Assembly (NCBI GenBank): GCA_037133055.1
Contig: JBAXOY010000083.1
Span: 1 to 14,319 of the forward strand
Length of the DNA stretch: 14,319 nucleotides
Direction of reading: 5' to 3'
DNA from: Chlamydiota bacterium
GTDB lineage: Bacteria > Auribacterota > Tritonobacteria > UBA1439
Under the pieces are notes generated by a model. It saw nothing but the letters and a program-made list of their open reading frames with translations. It was not told the origin of the DNA and searched no databases. Positions 7,326 through 14,319 of the stretch are shown in pieces. Position 1 is the first letter of the stretch; every line of letters begins with the position of its first letter. The translations under genes and the position numbers were made by a program.

Positions 7326-9098
7326 CTAAAAATTCATCGTGGTTCTGAACCCCAGGACCGTGACGGGGGGGACATTCTTGAGGGCCGGATGGATGACCTG
7401 AAAGTCGGGGGTGAATTTGAACCACTCCATGAGGGCGCAGTTGTAATACAGCTCGACCCCCTGCTCGCACCCCATCCCGAGTATGCTGGGGAGGTCCTTG
7501 CTCGTCTCGGTATAGTAGTACCCGACGCCGTAGGTGTCGCTGTCGCGCGTGGGGACCAATCCCTTGCCGCCGAGCCCGATGCTGTAAAAGCGGGCGACGG
7601 GGTTCGACGTGCCGTCGGAAAGGCCGAACCGCCCGAAGAGCCCGACGCCCTGCGCCGGGTCCTCCTTGTCCGTGTAGAGGTATTGGTCGAAGTTGAAGTA
7701 GAAGCAGTAATCGCCCGAGCCTTTTTTCAGCGCGGGATCGCCGTCGGAGATAAAAAGCTGCCCGGCCCGCTGCAGAAGGAAAAGGCTCTTGTCGCGCAGC
7801 GCCTCCCGCTCGCGGGCGAGTGCGTCCTTCGCGCGGGCGGTGATATCGCTCTTCAAAAGGTCCGCGGCGCGATCGAGGATTCGCAGGTCCCGCTCGTCGA
7901 TCCTCTTGTCGCGCTGCAAGATCTGCCGGGCGCGCCTGAGGATATCCGCGTCATGGCTGCTTCCCCCCCCCGCGGTGATGTCCTTCTCCAGGATCTCCGC
8001 GGCGCGCTCGAGGGCGCGCCGGTCGCGCTCGTCTATCCTCTTGTCGTGCCGGATGATGCTGTCGGCGCGCCTGAGGATATCCGCGTCGCCCTTGAGGAGC
8101 GCGTTGTCCCGGTTGAGGATGTCCCTGACGCGGTTGGCGAGCTCGCCGTCGGGTTGTATCTGGAACTCGGGGAAGTCGAGCCTCGGGTCCTGGTCCAGGA
8201 GGGCGTACCTCTTCGTGCTGTAGACGCCCCCGGCGCGGAAGTGGCCGGTCTTCCCCAACGGCTTCATCGTCAGGTCCCACTCGTTCACCAGAGTCACCCC
8301 GCGGGGATCGGAGAACGCGGTGTCGAAGCCCGCGTGCGTCGAGTCGCCGTTGGAGTCGAGGGCGGCAAAAGTGGTCATCAGGTGCTCGCTGAAGATACAG
8401 ATCGCCCCGGCCCCGAGCGCGGAGTACGGGACGGTCCGGAAGATGGCCGGGTTCGCCAGGAATGCGACGTTCATGAACTGGTCCGTGTCGCTGTTGGCGA
8501 ATGCATTCAGGTCGCCGCCCTCGAGGGTGTTCATCTTCCCGACGGTCAGTCCGAATTTCGGCGAGAGGAACTGGATGAGCTTGTACTCGGTGAGCGTGAC
8601 CCCCTGCAGGCCAGGGGCCGGAAAGAGCGCGTTGGCGTTGACGGGCATGAGGGCCCCTGTTTTGAGGTTGTTGCTCCTGCCGTACGACATTTCCCCCAGG
8701 ACGGAGATGAAGCCGCCGGGCCAGAGCCCCATTTTGCCGGTGTCGATATATGCCTGCAGGTCGCCCGAACCGCCATAGGGGAACGAATGACTGCTGTCGG
8801 CGCCGCCGCCGAGGTTCCCCTGGAATATCTGCGTGAGGTCCACGTCGAGCGTGAACCCCTTGTCGGCGAGATGGGTCCTCCAGCCCTCCCAGTCACCGGT
8901 GAGCGCGGCGCGCTTCAGGAGATTCCCCCTGTAGTCCGGGGTCGGGGGGAACGGCCCGTTGGATGTGTCTGCCTTCGCCGCGGATGCGGGCGGTGGCGGT
9001 TGAGGAACCGCGCTTTGCTCTTCGGAACCCCGCGCCGGCAGGCAGAGGCATACTGTCGCAATGGATAAAACCGCTGCGAGCATCGTGCCCTTCATCAT
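7326..9098 (-). CDS. Carbohydrate-selective porin, OprB family, with a large internal helical repeat insertion
   Basis: Signal peptide; [106 protein letters not shown]; terminal Phe. The start at 9098 follows a GGAAGGGG SD. Confidence 0.88.
   Translation of the reverse strand: MMKGTMLAAVLSIATVCLCLPARGSEEQSAVPQPPPPASAAKADTSNGPFPPTPDYRGNLLKRAALTGDWEGWRTHLADKGFTLDVDLTQIFQGNLGGGADSSHSFPYGGSGDLQAYIDTGKMGLWPGGFISVLGEMSYGRSNNLKTGALMPVNANALFPAPGLQGVTLTEYKLIQFLSPKFGLTVGKMNTLEGGDLNAFANSDTDQFMNVAFLANPAIFRTVPYSALGAGAICIFSEHLMTTFAALDSNGDSTHAGFDTAFSDPRGVTLVNEWDLTMKPLGKTGHFRAGGVYSTKRYALLDQDPRLDFPEFQIQPDGELANRVRDILNRDNALLKGDADILRRADSIIRHDKRIDERDRRALERAAEILEKDITAGGGSSHDADILRRARQILQRDKRIDERDLRILDRAADLLKSDITARAKDALAREREALRDKSLFLLQRAGQLFISDGDPALKKGSGDYCFYFNFDQYLYTDKEDPAQGVGLFGRFGLSDGTSNPVARFYSIGLGGKGLVPTRDSDTYGVGYYYTETSKDLPSILGMGCEQGVELYYNCALMEWFKFTPDFQVIHPALKNVPPVTVLGFRTTMNF
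7836..8087 (-). repeat. Intragenic tandem duplication: two 117-nt (39-aa) units with a 135-nt period
   Basis: Units 8087-7971 ([39 protein letters not shown]) and 7952-7836 ([39 protein letters not shown]), joined by GGGSSH. The exact 24-mer GGCGCGCCTGAGGATATCCGCGTC occurs at 7929-7952 and 8064-8087. Confidence 0.95.
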
Positions 9099-9164
9099 CA
9101 CGATCCCCTTCCCATCGGTATGGATTACGCCATGTGCAATTCCGAACCGTTCCGCGGGCACAAC

Positions 9165-9202
9165 CTTTTGCGCATACTACCACACAAAAGACTATATCTC
9201 AG
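9165..9202 (-). promoter_or_regulatory. Possible internal promoter for the porin gene, overlapped by an inverted repeat
   Basis: Minus strand CTGAGA (9202-9197)-N17-TAGTAT (9179-9174) with an extended -10 TGn. CTTTTG (9165-9170) and CAAAAG (9185-9190) form an inverted repeat around the -10. Confidence 0.35.
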
Positions 9203-10238
9203 AGAACTGAATGACGACTTTGATATCGTCGGGTTTTCTCTCCAGAGCCTGTTTGAAATTCTCCGGCTTTTCATAGCGCGTGATCAGCCGCGCCAGCCAC
9301 TTCCGGTCCAGTCGGGCCAACCTTTCACTCGCTTTGTACCAGTGACGCTTGTTGGCATTCACGCTGCCGACCACCACATTGTTCTTCAGGACTACGGCCG
9401 CCGCGAGGTCGGCTGTGACCCGGTTGGCGACCCCGCCCGCTCCGACTCCTGTCAGGCAGACGACCCCGCCCGCTCCGATCTTCTGGATCGAGTCCGCAAT
9501 CACCGATCCAACCCCCGTACACTCGACGATGACGTCCGGCTCGAAACCGACAGCCAACACGCTCCCGGAGTGATACGTCGCGCCGAGGGCGCGCACGAGT
9601 TCCGGCTTCAGTCCGGTCTCGACACGATCGAGGACATGTACCTCGGTTCCCCTCAGTCTCGCTACGGCAGCCGCCAGAAGACCGATCGGACCCGCGCCGG
9701 TCACCAGCACTGTCTTCGGCTCCCAGAAGAAGCGCTGGCCCACCGCGAGGACCTGCTCCAGCGCTTTCGCGATCACCGTCGTCGGCTCGAGAAGCACGCC
9801 GAGGATCCCCAGGGAAGGGTCCACCTTGATTGCGTATTCGGGTTCGATGCGCCAGCGTTCCGACATGAATCCGTGGATTTCTTTGATCCCCCGCTCGGTG
9901 TACCGACCGTTGCGGCACATGTCCCACTCGCCCACCGCGCAATTGGGGCAGGGAACGGAATCCGGGCGGCGGACAATCCCGGCTATCAGGTCTCCCTTTT
10001 TGAATGAGGTGCTTACACCCGGATCGATGATGCGGCCGAGGGATTCATGTCCCAGCACCAGACGCGTCTTCCCCGGGGGTGCCCAGCCGTATTTGCCCTC
10101 CGCTATCTCGATATCCGTTCCGCAGACAGCGGCGGCCACCGCCTCAACGAGGATCGAGCCCTCGCGCACATCGGGCTCCGGGATGTCTTCATACCGGACT
10201 GTCCCCGGCTTTCCAGGTTCGACGGTAATCGCTTTCAT
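9192..10238 (-). CDS. Zinc-dependent glucose 1-dehydrogenase (MDR superfamily, archaeal-type GDH)
   Basis: CGTD.EI.EG.YGWAP, VLGHESLG, VRRPD..PCPNC..GEWDMC...YTERGIK..HGFM, GVLLEP, Rossmann GAGPIG, VGSVNANKRH; GGGAGG SD. Confidence 0.9.
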   Translation of the reverse strand: MKAITVEPGKPGTVRYEDIPEPDVREGSILVEAVAAAVCGTDIEIAEGKYGWAPPGKTRLVLGHESLGRIIDPGVSTSFKKGDLIAGIVRRPDSVPCPNCAVGEWDMCRNGRYTERGIKEIHGFMSERWRIEPEYAIKVDPSLGILGVLLEPTTVIAKALEQVLAVGQRFFWEPKTVLVTGAGPIGLLAAAVARLRGTEVHVLDRVETGLKPELVRALGATYHSGSVLAVGFEPDVIVECTGVGSVIADSIQKIGAGGVVCLTGVGAGGVANRVTADLAAAVVLKNNVVVGSVNANKRHWYKASERLARLDRKWLARLITRYEKPENFKQALERKPDDIKVVIQFSEI

Positions 10239-10251
10239 GGGGGAACCTCCC

Positions 10252-10638
10252 TCAGGAACGAATCGGCGTTGAGTCGATCGTCTTCTTCCGGTCCAGTTCC
10301 GGCCGCGCGGTCCCCCACACGGCCACTGCCCCCACCACGAGCACCCAGAAGGGGAAGATATAGAGGCCGGGGATCGACTCCATGACCAGGCCGGGCAGCA
10401 GGATCCATTGCCAGCCCAGCATCATGAACAGCAAGATTGCCGTCACCAGATCAGCCGCCCACTGCACCGGCGGCGTAAATGTCAAGAAGATCGAGAGCCC
10501 GTCGGCCAGCGCGGCTGTAATGAAGGCCAGGGCCAGCCTTCTCCCGGAGAAGCGCGGGAGGGGCATCCGCGGGGGTTCCTCGCCATGCGGGATTGGTGTT
10601 TCCGGCGGCAGAACCTCGACCGGCACCTCTTGACTCAC
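10252..10638 (-). CDS. Small membrane protein of unknown function (128 aa)
   Basis: AAGGAG SD 7 nt before GTG at 10638; Pro-rich N-terminus then 3-4 hydrophobic segments (LALAFITAALADGLSI.., D..TAILL....GWQWILLP....E.IP.L..FPFW...V). The track's start at 10677 falls inside the 36-bp repeat. Confidence 0.75.
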   Translation of the reverse strand: MSQEVPVEVLPPETPIPHGEEPPRMPLPRFSGRRLALAFITAALADGLSIFLTFTPPVQWAADLVTAILLFMMLGWQWILLPGLVMESIPGLYIFPFWVLVVGAVAVWGTARPELDRKKTIDSTPIRS

Positions 10639-10666
10639 GAATAATCTCCTTTTTACGCGGAGAACC

Positions 10667-10702
10667 TTGCGAATCACCGTACCGGCGGTGATGGCGGTTT
10701 CC
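10667..10702. repeat. 36-bp intergenic hairpin repeat, copy 1
   Basis: TTGCGAATCACCGTACCGGCGGTGATGGCGGTTTCC; 34/36 identical to 12589-12624; internal stem ATCACCG/CGGTGAT. Confidence 0.9.
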
Positions 10703-10717
10703 CAAAGCCAAGCCCGC

Positions 10718-11236
10718 CTACCGGGCTTTGGGAAGCACCATTCGGTCCGGAGTCAGGCTGTACGTCCATGGACACCCCGAGTTCTTCCAGCCGTTCTTAA
10801 GCCGTTGGCCCAGAAAGACGCTGGCAGGATCCTTTACCGCATCCCCCTCCATACCGTCAATGATGTTGTACACGTGCTTGAACCCGGCCTTGGCGAGCTG
10901 GTTGACGGCCATGGCACTGCGGCCGCCGGACCGGCACATGACCATGATCGTGTCGTCGGGCTTGGCCACCTCACTCACCCGGGAGACAAAATCGGGGATG
11001 AGCTTCATGGGAAACTGCCCCTTGCCGGCGTCCCACTCATAGACTTGAGCTGCGACGGGGATTTTCCAGGCCATGGTCGGATGGCCGACAAAAAGATATT
11101 CCTCGGGGGTGCGAACGTCGATAATCTTTACCTTCTCAGGCTCGGCCTTCCACTTCTCGTAGGCCTCCTTCGCCGTCACATAGAGCCCCGGCACCGTCTG
11201 TTTTTCCTTGGGGATATTTTCACTCGGTTCAGCCAT
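10718..11236 (-). CDS. Single-domain rhodanese (sulfurtransferase)
   Basis: IIDVRTPEEYLFVGH, active-site loop VMCRSGGRSA.A...L..AGF..VYNI..GMEGD, C-terminal GWKNSGCPW. GAGGA SD before ATG 11236. Confidence 0.92.
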   Translation of the reverse strand: MAEPSENIPKEKQTVPGLYVTAKEAYEKWKAEPEKVKIIDVRTPEEYLFVGHPTMAWKIPVAAQVYEWDAGKGQFPMKLIPDFVSRVSEVAKPDDTIMVMCRSGGRSAMAVNQLAKAGFKHVYNIIDGMEGDAVKDPASVFLGQRLKNGWKNSGCPWTYSLTPDRMVLPKAR

Positions 11237-11285
11237 ATTCAGTTCCTCAACATATTGTTTGTCACACCTCACCGGCACCCCATCA

Positions 11286-11311
11286 GGCGCCCCCCCATCC
11301 GGGAGGGCGCC
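11286..11311 (-). other. GC-rich intergenic stem-loop without U-tract (mRNA stabiliser or processing element rather than a classical terminator)
   Basis: Minus strand GGCGCCCTCCC-GGAT-GGGGGGGCGCC: 11-bp stem (one G-U) with a tetraloop, 24 nt after the stop of the DszB-like gene. Confidence 0.6.
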
Positions 11312-11334
11312 GTTGGCGTTGAGCTTTCCCCAGA

Positions 11335-12564
11335 CTACCCGATCCGTGCCGCCGAAGCCGTGGGAAGCTTATCCCCGGTTACCTTCTTCCAGCGTTCATT
11401 GATCAGTTCTTTCGCCGCCGCTTCGAGGAATTCCGGCGCGGCCCACTTTTTCACATCGAAGTCGTGCGTGATGTAGCCGTGGCTCAGCATGAAGTCCTTC
11501 CCGATCTCAACGGAGACCAGGTTCTGGGCCGACAGGTTGGGCACGAGGTCGATGTCCTTGATGCCTCTGTACGTATCCTCTACGTCCAGATAGAACGTCT
11601 GCTTGTCGAGGATCGCTGCCGCAGCGTGCTTGTACTCGTTGCCCCAGCGCCCCACCTTGATCATGCCTTTCATAAACGTGACGACGAGCTCGGGATGCTT
11701 CTCGGCCATCTCCGCGGTGCAGGTGATGGCGGCGGGGATGTTGGCCACCTGCAGGGTCCAGTCCGGATATCTGGACAGGTCCTCGATAGCCTTGAACTTG
11801 CCCGTCGCCTCCTGGAGATGCTGGAAGGGTTTGCTCTGGGTATAGATCGCATCGACAACGCCCTTTTCCAGTGCCGTCTCCAGCGGACGGAAGGCCAGGT
11901 CGTGCTTGTGGTCACGCTTGAGCCACAATTCAGACGGGTTTTCCATTGGCGGGCCTACCATCTCGGGATTGTTGTACCAGTCATCCGCGTAGGGGAATTC
12001 CACGATCTCGACGTCTTTGCGGGTCATGCCGTTCATCCTGAGCATCAGCTCGATGCCTTGTTCCTCCTGGATGCGCCACCAGTCGCACTTGATGGTGTTC
12101 AGGCTCTTCGAGAGGCCGATCTTCTTGCCTTTCAATTCGATCATCCGGTAGATGTCGTCCCTGGAACGCACCATCATGCAGCCGCCTTCGTGTGGCGCGT
12201 GCGTCACCCCCAGGAGCCTGGTCCTGCGGATGTCCGCGTGAACGTGGATGGGGGGGAACAAGCCGCCGAAGCGGACCAGGTTGTCGAGGTTGTGGATGTA
12301 GTGCGGATACCAGTCGTTCTCGACGGCGGAGCGCATGAAGGCGTACTTCACACCGATCTTCTTAAACTCCTCTCTGGTCCAACCCAGTTCCTGGTCGACA
12401 TTGCTGGCGGACACGAGAGGACAATTGGTGTACCACACCTCTTTCCAATTCAGCGGCACCGTGTTTAATTTCGTGTTTTGCATAGTTGTGGTTTTGATCT
12501 TTCTAGAGAGATCCCCGGGAGAACAGGCGGTCGGTTCCCCGCTTTTCTTTGCTTTGTTATCCAT
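11335..12564 (-). CDS. DszB-like protein (2'-hydroxybiphenyl-2-sulfinate desulfinase family, SsuA/PBP2 fold), apparently cytoplasmic
   Basis: WYTNCP (Cys48), YPH (His88), VRFGG.FPP (Arg98, Gly101) and RTRLLG.T parallel DszB YSNCP (Cys27), His60, RFGGEIPP (Arg70, Gly73) and RTRLLG. Also LKGKKIGLS, ALEKG.VDAIY and HPELV. No signal peptide. GGAGG SD. Confidence 0.8.
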   Translation of the reverse strand: MDNKAKKSGEPTACSPGDLSRKIKTTTMQNTKLNTVPLNWKEVWYTNCPLVSASNVDQELGWTREEFKKIGVKYAFMRSAVENDWYPHYIHNLDNLVRFGGLFPPIHVHADIRRTRLLGVTHAPHEGGCMMVRSRDDIYRMIELKGKKIGLSKSLNTIKCDWWRIQEEQGIELMLRMNGMTRKDVEIVEFPYADDWYNNPEMVGPPMENPSELWLKRDHKHDLAFRPLETALEKGVVDAIYTQSKPFQHLQEATGKFKAIEDLSRYPDWTLQVANIPAAITCTAEMAEKHPELVVTFMKGMIKVGRWGNEYKHAAAAILDKQTFYLDVEDTYRGIKDIDLVPNLSAQNLVSVEIGKDFMLSHGYITHDFDVKKWAAPEFLEAAAKELINERWKKVTGDKLPTASAARIG

Positions 12565-12588
12565 AATTACATTCCTCCATTCATTCGG

Positions 12589-12624
12589 TTGCGCATCACC
12601 GGACCGGCGGTGATGGCGGTTTCC
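12589..12624. repeat. 36-bp intergenic hairpin repeat, copy 2
   Basis: TTGCGCATCACCGGACCGGCGGTGATGGCGGTTTCC; stem CATCACCG/CGGTGATG; 10 nt upstream of the SD of the DszB-like gene. Confidence 0.9.
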
Positions 12625-12680
12625 TGGACACCAGTCCCGGCCGCCTGGATGAACCCTATTTGCAGCACGCTACCTGCAAT

Positions 12681-14318
12681 TCAGCGATGTTCAGCACCTC
12701 CTTGTTTGTCGCGCGTCAGCGGACCGGCAGTAATGACGCTCTTGTGAAAGACGACTCTGGGCGTCTCGAAAGTGCGCCGCGCCAGATCGGGATTGATGCT
12801 ATACACGGCATCGTATTGGGTCAGGTAGACCTTGCCGGTCAGCTCTTCCAGGAAATGCGACCGTTTCAGGCGGTCCATGACCGGGCCCTTCACCTCGGAC
12901 AGGTGAAACGTGATCCCGCCGTCCTTGAGCCGGTGGTTGATCGCCTCGAGGCTTTCGAGCGCCGAGGCGTCGATCGCGTTCACCGCAGGGCAGACGAGGA
13001 TGACGTGGCGGACTGCCGGGTTGGCCGCTACCGCCTCGTTGACCCGGTCCTCGAGGAAACGGGCGTTCGGGAAATAGAGACTTGCGTCCACCCGGAGCGA
13101 CACAATCCCGGGGTCGGTCACCACCGCATGGCGGGTCACGTTGCGGAAATGCTCTGTCCCCGGGATCTGGCCCACGACCGCCACATGCGGCCTCGACGTG
13201 CGGTAGAGGTGGAGGAAGATCGAGAGACCCACGCCCGCCAACAGCCCCGCCTCCACGCCCTCCGCCAATGTGAGGAGGATTGTGGCGGCCATCGCAGCGA
13301 AATCGGCTCGGGAATAGGCATAGGTGCGTCTGAGCGCGCCGAGGTCCACCAGCGACAGTACCGCGACGATGATGGTGGCGGCGAGGGTCGCGTTCGGCAG
13401 GAAAAACAGCAGCGGCGTCAGGAACAGCGTGACCAGCGCGATGCCGACCGCCGTGAAGGCCCCGGCGGCGGGGGTCTCGGCGCCGGCTTCGAAGTTCACC
13501 ACCGAGCGGGCGAAGCCGCCGGTGACCGGAAACCCGCCCGAGATGGCCGAGCCGATGTTCGAGGCGCCGAGCGCGATCAGTTCCTGGTCGGGGTCGATGC
13601 GCTGGCGGCGTTTGGCGGCGAGCGTCAGGGCGACTGAGATTGACTCCACATAGCCCACGATGGAGATCAGCAGCGCCGGGACGAGGATTTTCGTCCAGAG
13701 CGCCGGGTCGAACGGCGGCAGGGCGAGCCTGGGCAGGCCCTTCGGGACCGTGCCGACGATGCGGACGCTGCGCGCGTCGAGCCCGAGGCCCCAGACGGTG
13801 ACGGTGGTCGCGGCGATGGCCATGATGGGGCCCACCTTCGCCAGGATGTCCGCGGTTCGTTCGCCGATCCCAAAGCGGCATAGGAGGGGCTTGAGGCTGC
13901 AACGCACCCAAAAGAGAAAGGCGAGCGAAGCGATGCCGATCACCGTGGTATAGGGATTAATATGGCCGAGGTTGGGCACCATCGATTTCAGAAGGTCCAG
14001 AAAATTTTCGCCCTCTGCGCGGATGCCGAGAACGGGCGCAAGCTGGCTTGTCGCGATCTGGATGCCCGAAGCGGTGATGAAGCCCGAGATGACCGGGTGG
14101 CTGAGAAAGTTCGCGAGAAACCCCAGCCGCAGCAACCCCATGGCCAGCAGCAACAGCCCCGAGATTAGCGCGAGCGCGATGGCTGCCCCCAGATATTGAG
14201 GTGTTCCCTGGGACGCGATATTTGCCGCAGCGGCCGCGGTCATGAGGCTGGCCACCGCCACCGGACCGACCGCGAGCGTGCGCGAGGTGCCGAAGATCGC
14301 ATAGAGCACGAGCGGCGC
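12681..14318 (-). CDS. sulP: SulP/SLC26 family inorganic anion (sulfate) permease with STAS domain, 5' end outside the window
   Basis: YAIFGTSR.LAVGPVAVASLM, LRLGFLANFLSHPVISGF, DQELIALG.SN, GFPVTGGFARS.VN..AGA.T, STAS R.D.SLYF.NA..IDASAL. The frame is open to the right edge (APLVLY...). Confidence 0.95.
   Translation of the reverse strand, partial: APLVLYAIFGTSRTLAVGPVAVASLMTAAAAANIASQGTPQYLGAAIALALISGLLLLAMGLLRLGFLANFLSHPVISGFITASGIQIATSQLAPVLGIRAEGENFLDLLKSMVPNLGHINPYTTVIGIASLAFLFWVRCSLKPLLCRFGIGERTADILAKVGPIMAIAATTVTVWGLGLDARSVRIVGTVPKGLPRLALPPFDPALWTKILVPALLISIVGYVESISVALTLAAKRRQRIDPDQELIALGASNIGSAISGGFPVTGGFARSVVNFEAGAETPAAGAFTAVGIALVTLFLTPLLFFLPNATLAATIIVAVLSLVDLGALRRTYAYSRADFAAMAATILLTLAEGVEAGLLAGVGLSIFLHLYRTSRPHVAVVGQIPGTEHFRNVTRHAVVTDPGIVSLRVDASLYFPNARFLEDRVNEAVAANPAVRHVILVCPAVNAIDASALESLEAINHRLKDGGITFHLSEVKGPVMDRLKRSHFLEELTGKVYLTQYDAVYSINPDLARRTFETPRVVFHKSVITAGPLTRDKQGGAEHR
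12709..12738. repeat. Degenerate third copy of the hairpin repeat, inside the SulP 3' tail
   Basis: TCGCGCGTCAGCGGACCGGCAGTAATGACG matches the first 30 nt of copy 2 at 24/30, ungapped, 120 bp away. On the minus strand it is followed by AAGGAGGT. Confidence 0.65.
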
Positions 14319-14319
14319 C

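Noticed and set aside
6967..7470. 167-aa ORF as an intact gene starting at 7470
   Set aside because: Its first ~70 codons overlap the porin 3' end or spacer and show no kinase similarity; only 7257-6967 is kinase-derived.
7323..9068. 581-aa plus-strand ORF
   Set aside because: In-register antisense shadow of the porin gene, expected in high-GC DNA; no recognisable motifs.
11286..11311. Rho-independent terminator
   Set aside because: Strong stem but no U-run in the direction of transcription.
11335..12564. Calling the gene dszB, or an SsuA/TauA ABC binding protein
   Set aside because: No dszA/dszC in the window and substrate unknown, so the symbol is withheld; no signal peptide or ABC partners, so the binding-protein call is disfavoured.
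10667..12744. 36-bp repeats as a CRISPR array or integron attC sites
   Set aside because: Spacings are 1922 and 120 bp with whole genes between copies; no cas or intI gene in the window; no RYYYAAC/GTTRRRY boxes.
11464..13637. Long plus-strand ORFs 11464-12468 and 12660-13637, and minus alternative frame 12799-13911
   Set aside because: Shadow or alternative frames of the DszB-like and sulP genes, which carry the real family motifs.

Overview
GC-rich bacterial window with no rRNA, tRNA, CRISPR array or intact transposase. Most genes are on the minus strand. Read right to left: 5'-truncated SulP permease with STAS domain; a DszB-like (sulfinate desulfinase-type, Cys/His/Arg motifs present) protein without signal peptide; a rhodanese; a small membrane protein; a Zn-dependent glucose 1-dehydrogenase; an OprB-type porin carrying a ~156-aa loop with a tandemly duplicated 39-aa helical unit; a truncated, internally deleted ROK/glucokinase remnant; pgi; a secreted NTF2-like protein; and a secreted Gly-rich protein. 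A short plus-strand segment (orphan family-3 solute-binding protein, a 275-bp MITE with CTAG duplications and two inverted structured units, a small membrane protein) separates these from a BASS symporter coupled to a GH63/MGH1-like glycosidase that runs off the left edge. Best candidates for something undescribed: (i) the SulP + DszB-like + rhodanese organosulfur module, bracketed by a 36-bp hairpin repeat and preceded by a possible Cys-Cys micro-ORF; (ii) the OprB porin with the repeat insertion; (iii) the MITE, whose two internal units show compensatory base changes. All family calls are from motif recognition by eye; no searches were run.
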